64,000 bases of DNA. It comes from Azolla caroliniana. Its lineage: Eukaryota; Plantae; Polypodiophyta. Within the stretch, counting starts at the first letter, position 1; each line of letters opens with the position of its first letter. Below the pieces are notes generated by a model. That model saw only the letters and a list, made by a program, of their open reading frames with translations, was not told where the DNA came from and made no database searches. The DNA is taken from the NCBI GenBank assembly GCA_043228905.1, contig JBHGNT010000003.1, positions 17,112,001 through 17,176,000 on the forward strand, in the 5' to 3' direction. The position numbers and the translations under genes were made by a program. Below, one piece after another: positions 25,351-38,328 of this stretch.

Positions 25351-26264
25351 TAGAGTGAATCCATACAGAGAGAGATATTAGATTAGATTAGACATTACAT
25401 TAAAGAGAGAATAGAAAAGATATTTTTTCATCCATGATGAGGCCAAATTTCACTTGTGGGACAAACTCAGCATATCATCTTTTATGTGATTCCTTCCAAA
25501 GAAGGGGGTTACTATTTTATAATAAAACTCTTGATGTGAAAATAATGCACACATGTGCTCACCCTTCTCGGTGGAAATTTGAGTATGACAATCACATTAT
25601 CATGCTTGTCTAACAAGTCATCATATTTCTTCCGAATTACCTTACCTGCTGAACATGCAATAAGTAAGTGATATTCATCCTCCACTAGGTTTTCATTGCA
25701 CCTTGCATATCTTCATATTTGGGTGATGATGACATGATGCTACTTGAACACCTAACTTGTGTGACCAAATTCAAAGAAGTGTTCAGGCTCTCCGAGATTC
25801 AAGCCTCATGGGAGTAGTGAGATATGAGGGAGAGAGATTGTATTGTATGTATCTAAAAAGACCTCAAATCCCATCATCAAAATATTTTAAAGTTTAACCA
25901 TAGAGAGAGAGGATCTATATGGTGCAGGTGAAGCAAGGGGATGATTTCATAATGGATCCAGCTACAATAATTGCCATGTGTTGAATAATTTGAGAATGAG
26001 GTGATTAGAACATGTCATGAGTTTTATGATGTGGTTGGATGTATTGTACATGATTTCCTTAGTCATGAGTTGGGTGAGGATTTGACAAAACATGTGGTTG
26101 GGATGGTTTGACAAGTGAAGTTTTTGCACAGTATTTTAGCATTTTAAAGAGGCCCATGACTTTGATGTTCCAATATTAATGGGATTTTGGTTGTGAGCCT
26201 CAAGCTTAAAAGTTGATCTCATCAAATTAGTCCCACCAATGGTAGCACCCCAATCATTTCATTA

Positions 26265-27235
26265 GTGGTGACTCATTTCTTTTATGGGGGATCGTCTAAA
26301 GTATTTGCAAAGGTATTCACAAATAGATTACAAAAGTCTTTGTCAAAGTTGATACGCCCAACCCAATACAGTCTCATTACATATAGGAATATATTGTATA
26401 ATGTGCTTAATGTTCAAATGGCAATGGATTATGCCCGGCATACTCATCCAGAATTGATAATCGAGCAATTAGATTTAGACAAAGCTTATATCAGGTCAAT
26501 TGTTCCTTTGTTTCAAGGTTAATACTACAATGGGCTTTGGACCACGTGGGTCCCACCTTATATTTTTTAATAGGACAAGATGTGTCTACAGTAATGCCTA
26601 ATGGTGGAGTTACATCCAAATATTTCCCTCATGAGATCATCAAGGATGCCCATTAATCCATTGTTCTTTGCTATAGTTACTCACCCTTGTTGGTGACTTT
26701 ACCAAAGCTTACAGCAAATGGTGATATTGTGGGTCCATACCTTTCATCTAGGAACACATGGTTGTGCCAGCTTTGGCAGATGATTCTTTCATGTTTCTAC
26801 AACCCTACATGAGAATCCAGAGGAGGGGAGGCATGTGTGGGGCAAAAACACATTGCTGTTTGGATTGCATATTAATTGGAGAAATTCTTGCCTCATCTCA
26901 TGCATTAGAGGGAATTGGAATGTTTGGAAAACTAGGAACCCAAGGTTGGAAAAGCCTCTATTTTTTGACATTTGTGGTACTAAATTGGAGTGAATGTTCA
27001 AAATGCCTAATTAATTGAAAGCGTGAGTAGCAAGTTGAGGGGTAAGTTTATGCATTGGAAGTCACAATCTTGGCCATTTCATGTCAGCCTTAAAGTTGTA
27101 CAATGTATTATGGAACCCATTTGTTTACATTTTTGTCATCTTTACTATGAACCAAGAAGCCTTTGCATTCCCATTTGCAACGACTTCAATATTTGTTATG
27201 GGGAAAGAGGCATAAGATGGGTATCACATGGGAGA
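26265..27235 (+). mobile_element. L1-type LINE RT remnant in intron 2
   Basis: KVFAKVFTNRLQKSLSKLIRPTQ, QLDLDKAY and LADDS motifs, frameshifted. Confidence 0.8.
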
Positions 27236-27264
27236 AAAGCCGTTAATAGCAGCAGCGGACCAGT

Positions 27265-27680
27265 TGTTAGAACAAAATAGACACAGCCAAGCTGTGTGAA
27301 GGCTATTAGACAGCAGTAGAAAAAATGGTTGCGGAGAGTAGAGACATAGCCAAAGAGTAGAGCTTGTTTTTAAGTAGCAACAGAAAATAATCTAGTTACA
27401 AAAGAGGCTGGTATAGCCTATTTATACAAAATTGGGAATGGTTGTTTGGTAGTTAAGTGACTCTTGTACTACCAAACAGATACAATAAACTAGGAATAAA
27501 TGGGAATATCTTGGAAAAGATGGAAGAGAAAGAAGGCATTTAAAGCGTTGTAGATTCTAGAGAGAGAAGGCATTTAAAGAGTTGCAGATTCTATAGAGAG
27601 AAGAATCTAGGAAGAGAGAGAATGTAAAAGAGAGATAACAATGATGAAAGAGAGTGCAGGTCTGGAGCTCCTCCAACTAC
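27265..27680 (-). mobile_element. Probable LTR remnant in intron 2
   Basis: Starts tgttag; minus-strand TATA (tatttata ~27419); purine-rich with internal ~35-bp duplication; right end and TSD not resolved. Confidence 0.4.
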
Positions 27681-27956
27681 TCTCTCTCTCTATTTTTTCT
27701 ACCATAGCTCCTCCACTGTTGCATCTAAAGAGCTTGTACTAGGGTGAATCATGAGTATTCCTCAGCACTATTGACATCATTCCTAACCCTTACAGAGCAT
27801 AGATAAAGATATCATGGGCATAGATATAGTGTTCACCAACCAACCCATCATGATCCTGGGCCTTCCCAAATTGTTACCAATTAATGGCATTTCTTACATT
27901 TTTTGGAGTAAAAAAAGTGGATTTGTGTGGGCGTGAGCCATCTGGGTGGGGAAGAG

Positions 27957-28095
27957 GAGGTTGCCCCAGGATATCATATACGACCTTTGCATATTCATGC
28001 CACACCTCAGGTGAGGTCATTTGTGTGGAAGATTGCCTCCCATTAAACATTATATAAGGCATATATCAATAATTACAATTAAATACATACATACA

Positions 28096-28134
<39 letters not shown>

Positions 28135-28586
28135 GCACATAAAAAACAAACTCCTGATAACAGAGCTAATTCCATCATCAATTATGGTCATGGCCTTTTC
28201 AATATCCTCTATATGGTATAAGGGTTCTTTCTAAAGTATTCTAAACAACCATGATGATTGCATATCTTAAAGAGGTTGCCCCAGGATATCATATACGACC
28301 TTTGCATATTCATGCCACACCTCAGGTGAGGTCATTTGTGTGGAAGATTGCCTCCCATTAAACATTATATAAGGCATATATCAATAATTACAATTAAATA
28401 CATATATACATACATATAGACATATATACATATATACATATATATATGCACATAAAAAACAAACTCCTGATAACAGACCTAATTCCATCATCAATTACGG
28501 TCATGGCCTTTTCAATATCCTCTATATGGTATAAGGGTTCTTTCTAAAGTATTCTAAACAACCATGATGATTGCATATCTTAAAGA
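27957..28586. repeat. Recent 315-bp tandem duplication in intron 2
   Basis: gaggttgccccaggatatc...ttgcatatcttaaaga repeated at 27957 and 28272; the copies differ mainly in the TA microsatellite. Confidence 0.95.
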
Positions 28587-28630
28587 AGTATTGATAATAT
28601 GATGATGTAAAGACAAAAAGATGCACTTAC

Positions 28631-28721
28631 CATCAGGCGCATACCGACGACTGATTCCCATTAGTGCTTCAAACTTGTCAATTGCTGCTAAATATACTTT
28701 ATCTGCAGATTCAGCAGCATT
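28631..28721 (-). CDS. TPR-like protein, exon 2
   Basis: ttttgtag|AATGCT...GATG|gtaagt; 91 bp encoding NAAESADKVYLAAIDKFEALMGISRRYAPD; phases 0/1 match the flanking exons. Confidence 0.9.
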
Positions 28722-29559
28722 CTACAAAACAATGAGAAGTATCATATCATAATAGAGAAAAGTTAGAACACATCCTCAAAGTAGAGATTCCAGCTACTTC
28801 CACTAATAGATCCATACAAGGGCAACTTTATAATAACTCTACTGCTGGTTGTATTTATTATAGAGTTTTCCCCTGCTATAAACAAGGAGAACTCTATAAT
28901 TATAACAAGGGGCAATCTAGAGTAATGGAACCCCTATACAGATTATGACAGGCTTGAATCTATTTATTTTGGGTTGGGTTTAACACAATTATGGAGTGCC
29001 TACATGGACCGATAAGAAATGATGATTCTCTATTTGCTTAAGACATGCACATATAATATGCTAGAGATGGTTTCTACCCAACATCATTTGGAGAATTAAA
29101 TACAAACACTTAAGACATTTGGGGAAATAAAGAAAACAAACCAGGGTATTTGAAATCCGAGGCTTCCATGGGCACTTAAGAAAGACATCATATGATCAAT
29201 AATCACAAGGGCTGTTTCAGACTCACTTAATCAATTGACAAAGAGAATGATTGCCTGTATCATAAAGTCCCTAGCTTTTCCTGGGTGGATCAAGTATTTC
29301 CCTTGACCTAGAAAGCAATGGTGTTTTTATCAATCAACTGTAGCTGAAAATACAAAATTGATGAAAATATAGTTTTGAAGGAAGAAAAAGGAATCCATTG
29401 TCATGATTCTTTTGCAATGCCTTTGATGATAAATTAAGGGCCATATTCTTGTTGATGACAATTCTTGATTCTTGAGATTCATTGGTTGTCTCACTTTTAA
29501 ATAGCCTTGATCTCACTTTCGATGGTATAAGAGGTTTTATTCTTAAGACAATGCATTCT

Positions 29560-30680
29560 ACCATACAAGCTACGCTTTCTAGTATTCAGATGCAATTCGG
29601 ACCTTCAACACATAAGTGGATAGGTTTATTTACTCCATTGGTGTCTTGATTGGAGTAAAAGCCTATGTTGAGAAGAAGCTTTTATGACTTTTGATGTATA
29701 GGATGATGGTAGGTAACTTTCACACATACAAAAACTGATTTGTTTAGTTTTTGTTTGCATAAAGAAGTGAGGGTAATCGCAAATGATGGATCAAATTGGG
29801 TCTTAGACCTAAATCCACAAAAGCTCAATCTTTTTTGGAGGTTTTGGATTATGGAAAGGAGACCAGTATCTCGATTAACTTGGGATCCTAGAGATTTATA
29901 GTGGAAAGTGCGGGTTCAATCTCAAATAAAATATGTGCCCTTTTTCAGTATTTTGTGAAGATTGGTAGGAAAATATTAGGTGCTAGATCATGGAAGAAAT
30001 GGAAATGGTTGTGGGGCATAAAAATGAGTAGCAAAATTGTTTGTTTTCGATGGTTGTTGGTTCATAGAGCTATACTAGTTAATGGTTGGCGAAAAGGGGT
30101 GAATGCAGACAATATGTACCTTTTTTGTAAGAATCTAGTGGAGACTGGTAAGCATTGTTTGTGTAGTTGTGACTCTACGATGGAAATATGGAAACGAATT
30201 GTAACACTGTTGATACTAGTATATCCTCACGCGATGTATACACGGGGGTGGTATTATGGGCGGCGGTACAAGATAAACCAGTGGTATATGAACAAGAGGA
30301 TGTTGCAAATGCTCTTGCTATGAGACATGGTTCGATGTAAAAAACATTTATACATCTGAACCCACAAATAGAAACTGATAAACCTGAAATATGGCAATTG
30401 GTAAGTAGTATCACAATTTGGCATATTTGGAAGGCTAGATGTTTGACAGTATTCCAAAATGTGACTGAAAAACCTACCCGGATAAATTCTTGGATTTGGA
30501 TAGAGATTGTGCATAATCTCATAGGTTCTTTGGATAACATTAAAGGTAATACACAATAGGCAGAGTTACAAAGATTGGAGTTTCATGCCATATGGGACAA
30601 AGGAATATTTTATAGATGGATTTCTGATAAGGTGGAGTGGTTCTACTCTACACCGAAGTATTATTTACACTAACCATTAT
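29560..30680 (+). mobile_element. L1-type LINE 3' remnant (zf-RVT region) in intron 1
   Basis: WKWLWGIKMSSKIVCFRWLLVHRAI...ETGKHCL..C...EIW and IWHIWKARC motifs. Confidence 0.75.
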
Positions 30681-30682
30681 AA

Positions 30683-33600
30683 TGTGATAATATGAACTCA
30701 AACACAACTGACTAGAAGGCAACAATGACAAACAACAAAGCAGAAAATACACAGACACCAGGTTTTAACGTGGAAACCCTAAATGGGAAAAACTATGGGA
30801 GCCCACAGACTCCAAACAGATTCACTATCAGAGTGTATACAAGTGTTTTTGGGCTTCCCTAGCTGACTTGGGGTATAGCCATTCTGTCAAGGCCACAACC
30901 TTGACTGGACCTTCGTCTCAGTAGATGGATATACACAGAGAACAAGGGAAACAAAGAAATGACAAAACCTTATCTGTGCAGAGCTATCAACCTGTCGGGT
31001 TGGATTTGAGGGTCGGTTGCTACACAAGCTCAACCTCCACAATCGTTCTCTTCACGCTAACATTCACTATTCTACAACTTTCTCTGAATAATAACCCTCA
31101 CACACACATAGCCTAGGGTTTATACATCAATATATATACAAATATGTATATACATATTTCTCCCTGGCCAAATCGGCAGTTAACCTTAGCCGGCATCTAA
31201 CTGACATTTGGCCCTTAGCCGGACAGCCGGCTCTTAGCTTAACCGGCTACCATCTTTCCTAGCCGGCACATAGCCGTCCCTTAGCCGAATTGGCTCTTCT
31301 CCCATAAGGAGGGACATCTTTTTATAACGAACTCCCCCTTTACTCCTGTATGGGAGAGTTGGCCATGCCTATCCTCAGCCAGCAAGCTTTTAGTTTGTCC
31401 ATAGACAACACTTTTGTCAACATGTCCGATCCATTATTATTTGTATGGATCTTTACAAGGGAAAACTCCTTTTCTTCCACTCTCTCTAGTAGCCAATGAT
31501 ATCTCCTCTGGATGTGCTTGGTCTGAGAGTGATAGGCAGCATTCTTAGCAAGCTGGATAGCACTTTGATTATCGCAGTGAAGTAGGAATTTATCTTGCCT
31601 CAATCCTAACTCACTCATGAAATTTCTCATCCGTATCAATTCCTTGCCAGCTTGTACTCAGCTTCTGCGGTTGACAAAACCACAAACTTTTGCAACCTAG
31701 ATTTCCATGATACAGCCCCCCCTGCATAGGTCATTACATACCCAGATGTGGATCGGTTGGAATGAGCATCGGCCGACATATGAGAGTCTGAAAACCCTTC
31801 AAGCACGGGTTTCCCTGAGCCATATCTAGGGCATACACTCGAGGTTCCTCTCAGGTATCTGAGTACCCACTTTACTACAACCCAATGTTCCTTTCAAAGA
31901 TTGCTCATGTACCGGCTGACAGTTCCTACACCATATGCAATGTCTGGCCTGGTACACACCATAACATACATCAGGCTTCTCACAGCTGAGGCATCTAGTA
32001 TCTTCCTCGTCTTAGCTTTACCTTTTTCGGTCTTCAGACATTGACTGGCCTTCAGCTTGCAATTTGTCGGCAATGTTGAGCCGATTGGCTTGGCATTCTG
32101 CATGTTGAATCTTTGGAGCACCTTTGTCACGTACTTTTCCTATGACAACCATAACATGTTCTTTGTCCTGTCTCGAACTATGTGCATCCCCAAGATATGC
32201 TTTGTCGAGCCCAAATCTTTCATTGCGAAGGACTTACTCAATGCCTCTTTCAGACTAGCAATCTTCTTCACATCCTGTCTGACAAGTATATCATCAACAT
32301 ACAAAAGGAGAATTAGAAAATCTCCTCCATCATATCTCTTCAAAAAAACACAGTGGTCAACTTGTGTTTTGTGGAATCCATGGTCAACTATAAAGGATTC
32401 AAACTTTTTATACCATTCCTAGGGATCTTGTTTCAGCCCATACAAGCTCTTTCTCAGCCGGTGCCCCAGGTTTTCTTTTCCTTTCTCTTCAAATCCTTCC
32501 AATTGTTGCATGTAGATCTCTTCTTCTAGATCACCATGCAAAAAAGCAGTCTTGACATCCAACTCCGCAAATATTTCATCGAAATCTACACCCTTTTTCT
32601 GTTGGAAGCCCTTCACCACAATGCGGTCTTTGTATTTGGGTGGATTTCCGTTCTCTCTAGGTTTCAATTTGTATACCCACTTATTCCTCAGTGCCTTCTT
32701 TCCTTTTGGCAATTCAGTCAGCTCATATGTGTAGTTCTCATGCAAGGAATCCATTTCATCTTACATGATACAATATCACTCCTTTTTGTGGGCATCATTC
32801 ATTGCTTCCTCGAAGCATTCCGGCTCCCCTTCATCAGTCAGCAACACATACTCTCTAGCTGGATATCAACAAGAAGTCCTCCTTCTCCTTAGGGGTTACC
32901 TTCTTCCATCAGCAGCCGTCTCTGGTTTGACTGCCTCAGCTGGCTCTTCATCCGAATCTGATTCGACTTCATCGGTCGGCTGCCTTTTGCCGGCCAGCTC
33001 TACATATGCATCACCTGGCCACTGGCTGCCGGCCAACTGGTATTTGGTTCGGCTTGTATCAACCGATCCGGATTTGACTACTTCAGTCAGCTTCCATTTG
33101 CTGGCCAATTGGGAGAGTGACCCTGGTCTTTCCATTTCCCAATCAACAATAGTCTTATCCTCCATAAAGACTATGTCCTGGCTCCTAATGACCTTCTTAT
33201 CTATCAGGTCCCATAGTTTATACCCAGATTCGTCTTCACAATACCCCAAGAAAATACATGGCTGGAACTTGCTGTCCAACTTTGATCTTTGGTCCTTTGC
33301 CAAATGTACATATGCCAAGCATCCGAACACCCTCAGATGCCAGTAAGACATTCTTTCCTGTCCATGCCCTTCGTGGGATATCACCATCAAGTGGCACTGA
33401 GGGAGACCTGTTTAAAATGTAACAACCGTCATCAATGCCTCAGCCCAATAGGTCTTTCCAAACTTGGCATGTGACAACATACAATTGACCCTTTCCATGA
33501 TCGTTCTATTCATCCTTTCGACCATACCAATTAGTTCAGGAGTTTTGGTTACTGTATACACAATTTTAATCCCTTGACATTGGCAGTACTCCTCAAACTG

Positions 33601-33742
33601 CTCTCTGTACTCACCCCCATTGTCTGTCCGGACAGCCTTCAGCTTTGGTCCGGATTCCTTTTCTATTCTTGCTTGGAATTCCTTGAAGACGGACAGCACT
33701 TGGTCCTTCGTCTTCAGCACGAAAGCCCACAACTTTCGGCTG
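30683..33742 (-). mobile_element. 5'-truncated copia (INT, RT, RH, PPT, 3' LTR ~30683-31329) in intron 1
   Basis: RTDNGGEY, LDVKTAFLHG, LLYVDD and CDNQSAI; PPT rc actccccct at ~31330; related to the 2850 element. Confidence 0.92.
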
Positions 33743-34031
33743 TAAGCATCACTATTTTTCTCATTAGGGTTTTAGTTTTTATTCAATATAAACCTCTATG
33801 ATCACTTGGTTTAAATTATAGAATGAAACCATTTAGAATGTAACAAATGACCTAGTGCATATTGGAAGTCCTTGGCTTTTACACTAACATAGGAAGAGGG
33901 AGTCAAACTAGCAAATAAGTTACATTCAAAAGAAGGAAAAAGATGACTATTTATTTCCCACACAAATCTAGTATTCACCTGTTTAATACTTTTTTAAAAC
34001 ATAAAGAGAAAAGAGAACCAAATAAAACAAC

Positions 34032-36119
34032 CTGGCCTGATGCAATCAATTGTGCACGTAAGCATAGTGCCAACCCCCAGTTGTATAATGCTGGAATATT
34101 CCTGTTATTGATTGAAAGAACTCTTCGATATTTCCTCCCTGCCTGAATAAGAAGCTCTTCACATTCATTACTAATTGTTTGGAGAGTCTCCTCCAATGCT
34201 AACCACTTCTTTGCATCCTGTGTTTGTACATTTTGCTTCCTCATTCGATAAGGTGAAATAGTATGGGGAGTGGCAATGATGAACCTTATCTCTTTGCTTA
34301 GCTTAAATTTAAGTTTTCCATGAACAAAAAGGGTATTTCCCCACAATCCTATAGCCTCTATACTAGATGGGTCAATTGAAGATGCTGAAGCAAACCTTTC
34401 TGCAGCTCTATAAAGCATGGTTTCAGCTTCCCCTACTTCCATTTTCCCACTTAGACCACATCTCCCACTTTTGAATAGAAATTCTCCTTCATTCATCAAG
34501 CCTTGATATTCAGCACTCTTTTTTCTCATAGAGAACCCTGATACCATGTCTAGATCCTCTTGAACAAAAGCAAGTTCTTTCAATAAATCTACTGGATCAT
34601 TGTTGAACTCCTCTAGGATTTTTTCTTCTTTGCTTGAATCATTAGGTTTGGAATCATCATTTTCCACTGTGTTCCGTTTCTGTTGCGGTTTGTAACCTTT
34701 GGAATCTCTTTCATCAACTTGATCTTGTTTTCTAACATGATTGTTTTTACTTTCTATTTCACTTTCATCCTCTGGTTTCTGCATCAAAACATTGTATTGG
34801 GCTTCTCTATCATTTTTCTTTTCTATTTGTTTACTATCAAAGATTGATGTTGATTTAGCTACTTCCTCATTACCAGCATCATCTTCGAACCAATAGTCCG
34901 GATAGATACTGCTATTTATCCTTTTCTCATTGTTTATCTCATTGCTTCTTATGCCTGCAATAGGCATGACAAAAGCATGTTCAAATATGGGCTCAGCCCA
35001 TAAATTCTCAGGCTCTAGAGAACTTTTGTTACCATCATCTGAACAATCTTCATTGTGTAATCCAGCATTATGTGTAGATGAGTCAACATCTGAATGAGAT
35101 ATACTATGCATTACTTTGATTTGTTTCTCATTTTCAGCCGAATCTTGTAACGATTCATCCAGTTTTGCAATTTCCCCATTTAGCCTTCTTGAAATTATGT
35201 TAAAATCAGAACTTTCTTCCTTCGTCTTCTTCTTATTCTTATTCTTTTTATCAACTTCATTTGTGAGCTTCCCTTTTGCCATTCTCGTTCCCTCATGTTT
35301 CTTCTCAGAAGCAGTTGATTGTATAGCTGATTCTTTTTGTATTGCTAAAGAAATCTTTCTCATAGATTCCTTCAACAAATCCAATGTTTGTCTTAGTTCT
35401 TTCAAACGGTTAGGATCGACCATATCTGTGTTTGATTCTTCTATCTGAATCAAATCCTCCACTTCTGAAACACAGTTTTTTATGTACACTAAAGCAGAAT
35501 TCTGTGAGACTGGCTGACTTTTAACCTCCATCTTTCCTTCAAACAATGAGTGAATATTTGCTCTGAAAGAGGCCAAAAACCTTCGAAAGGATACGATAAT
35601 GCTTCCCTTAACACGATTTCGTGACAAATTTGCACCAACAAAATCTTCAATAATAGAATTTAATGAAAAGATAGCAGAAATAACTCCTCCAATAGCCCAA
35701 TTCAACAACACTCTGACATTATTAATTCCATTGGAGACACTTAATTTCATGATTTTGACATGATCCACTGTGATCAAATACTCTCCTTTAGCTTTCAATG
35801 TTTTCTGAATGGCAAAAATTGCAAGAAAAGAGAAAGAAACGGCGAAAATGGCAAGTTTGTGAGGTATCAAGGAGCCTACCGATGCTCCAACAGCTACAGG
35901 AATGCTCCATCTTCTCAGAGATTCCAAAATCATCAATGAATCTTCACTGTAGTTGCCACTTCCTCTGTTAGGGATAGGATTAGCGTTAGCGTTATTGTTC
36001 GTGTTAGCTGCAAGGCGAGACAATGAAGGGTAAGGTCTCGTAACAAAGAAGCATTTTGCCTTGAAAGGGAGGAGAGATGGAGAAAGATAGGGAGGAATGT
36101 AGGTGAGAGCACAATCCAT
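34032..36119 (-). CDS. TPR-like protein, exon 1 (possibly plastid-targeted, with hydrophobic segments)
   Basis: 2088-bp open exon (696 codons) ending CAG|gttgtt; C-terminal TPR-like repeats (EAIGLWGNTL, AGRKYRRVLSI, ALYNWGLAL); spliced product 801 aa; S/P-rich N-terminus. Confidence 0.9.
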
Positions 36120-36159
36120 CTCCCTCTTCTTCTTCTTCTTCTTCTTCTTCTCCCTCCTT

Positions 36160-36449
36160 CTGTGTTCTTAAGTCTTACACATTAGCTTAAATATCTTTTT
36201 CTGTGTTCCTTTGTTTTACACCATATCTTAAATCTCTTCTTATGTGTACCTTTCTCTTACACCATAATTCTTAATTCTCTGATAAGTTTCTCTCGGATTC
36301 AAACGGTGTTGTCTGAGTGAAGGCTTCTTCTTCTTCTGTGTTCCTTTGTCCTACACCATAGCTTAAATATCTCTTCTTATGTGTACCTTTGTCTTACGCC
36401 ATAATATTAATTCTCTGATAAGTTTCACTCGGATTCAGACGGTGTTGTC
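36160..36449. repeat. Tandem duplication (~135 bp, with ~41-bp subunits) in the 5' UTR/promoter
   Basis: ttctgtgttcctttgt...acaccata...tctctgataagtttc...cggattca.acggtgttgtc at 36199 and 36334. Confidence 0.8.
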
Positions 36450-36916
36450 CACGCATCGATCGCATGTCGGACACATATCTACAAGAGTGTCGATTTGCGT
36501 ATCACGACATTTACAATGGTCATTGGCTCCACCATTAGGCTTGCGCACAGTTGAGGACAAACTAGCATAGAATTGTCATCATCGTCTACTCCACTTAGAG
36601 TGCTAGGACATATGTGTTGGTCGTGACTTGTACCCTATTCAACCATCACGTCTAGAAGGTAACTGGGAATGTTGCCTAACAAATCACGTTGGTGCTACTG
36701 CCCTCGAATTGTTGAGTTCCTTGATGAAGTGTCCTACCCTCAAATCAATTTTGAGAAATTCATTGAGTGTGTCCAAATGTTGGACATAGTTGAGAGTACA
36801 TCAAGCTTGGTAACACATATTCTCATCTCTATTTGTACACAATTGAGCCGCTAAGATGTTGTTAGGCCTAAGTGAATAGGGTGGATTTAATTGTGTTTTA
36901 AAAATGTGTCCATGGT

Positions 36917-36996
36917 GTCAAGATGGCTGAGTGATTTAAGGCGCTAGTTTCATGTACTGGTCCAAAAGGGCATGGGTTCAAATCCCACTCTTTACA
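36917..36996 (+). pseudogene. Decayed tRNA-Leu (CAG-type body; anticodon now reads CAT)
   Basis: GTCAAGATGGCTGAGTGATTTAAGGCGCTAGTTTCATGTACTGGTCCAAAAGGGCATGGGTTCAAATCCCACTCTTTACA resembles plant tRNA-Leu(CAG) with its long variable arm; D-loop GG and stems are mutated. Confidence 0.8.
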
Positions 36997-37440
36997 TAAA
37001 TATTTCACCTCAATGACTTTAGTTTTTGATATCAACTCCTATGGCCATTCAAATTAATTAGTCAAGGGTTCAAATCCCACTCTTCAAATGAATGGTTATG
37101 GCACTTTACATTATGATATGGACTTCAATGGTCATCCCACAAAGAGGTTTTGAAATGTTTCTATCAAGTAATGAAACAATATTTTTATTTGTTGGTCCTA
37201 AAGGGCATTGGTTTAAATCCTACTCTTGACATGAATATTTTATATACTTTTGATTCCTATATTAACTCCTATGTCCATTAAATGATTCTATCAAGCATCC
37301 AAATCGCAATCTGCAAATAAATATTTCTCACACTTTAGATGATCATATCGCCTCCAATGACAACTCCTAATGATGTTTTGAAATGCTTCCAAAAAGTAAA
37401 GATGACATTATTTTAAGTGTTGGTCCTATAAGTTCAAAAG
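36959..37440 (+). repeat. Diverged ~235-bp tandem repeat beginning with the tRNA 3' half
   Basis: ggtcc.aaagggcat.ggtt.aaatcc.actctt.aca at 36959 and ~37194, third start at ~37422; extra B-box copy at ~37067. Confidence 0.7.
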
Positions 37441-37696
37441 GTAAGGCATTATTATTATTATTAGTAGTAGTAGTAGTAGTAGGGATGGGGTGAGATGAGA
37501 GAGATGAATGAACAATTCATGTTGATTGACGAGTGTCCCTCGAAACAAGGTTTCTTTACATATAAATATCGAGTTGTATAGTTATGGAAACATTGAGTTC
37601 TCTCTCTATCTCAATCTCAAAAGAAGAGCAATTCATATATATCGCGTAATAATGGTGATAATTAAGGCTCTCTCTCATAGAGGGCCGCCCTCCCTA

Positions 37697-38328
37697 CTGT
37701 TGAGTGACAAGCTCAACATGGGCCGGATCGACTGAAGAAGCCGAGAGTCGCATCGCTTCCAACGGAAAAGCTCGATCGGAGCAACTATGAGTAGCTTGCT
37801 TCCACAAGAGCTACGAGTAGCTCGCTTCGAACGGAAAAGCTCGATTGGAGCAACTACGCATCTTGGTCGTACAAGATGCAATAGTGTTTGCTTGGGCACA
37901 GATACTAGAGCTACGTCAAAGGAGCAAATGATGCGGCCCCAAATTTGACATAGAGACTTTTCGACCTAGGAGCAGGCGGCAAGCAAGGTGATGTACTGCT
38001 TTGTGTCTTGTGTGAGTGACTAGCTTTTGAGCTACATCCGGGACACCAAGACGCCAAAAGAAGTGTGGGCGAATCTTAAACAGATTTTTGCCACTAGCAC
38101 AACGGCCAGGACGCTACATCTAAGATAAGAACTCAGCAATGTCCGATAGAAAGGTTTGTCTATGGTCGATTATACTGCCCGAATCAAGGAGATCCGTGAC
38201 TCCCTCGCCTCCATCAACATGACCATCAAGGAGGAAAAAATGGTTTAGGTCTGTCTCAGCGGGCTGGCATCTAAGTTCGGAGCATTCCGAATAGTGGTCT
38301 ACACAAGGGAGAATATGACGTTCTTATT
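37697..38328 (+). mobile_element. Old copia remnant (LTR start plus gag); continues at 39082-39160 and 50655-50940
   Basis: tgttgagtgacaagctcaacatgggc as at 15027; gag DTKTPKEVWANLKQIF; after the inserts ..VEENH and a CWYYGRKGHTQSEC knuckle. Confidence 0.8.

Noticed and set aside
33975-34031. C-terminal VVLFGSLFSLCFKKVLNR of the 714-aa ORF
   Set aside because: Read-through into intron 1; the donor at 34031 joins in phase to exons 2 and 3
36917-36996. Functional tRNA-Met or recoding tRNA
   Set aside because: Leu-type body with lost D-loop GG and mismatched acceptor stem; best read as a pseudogene
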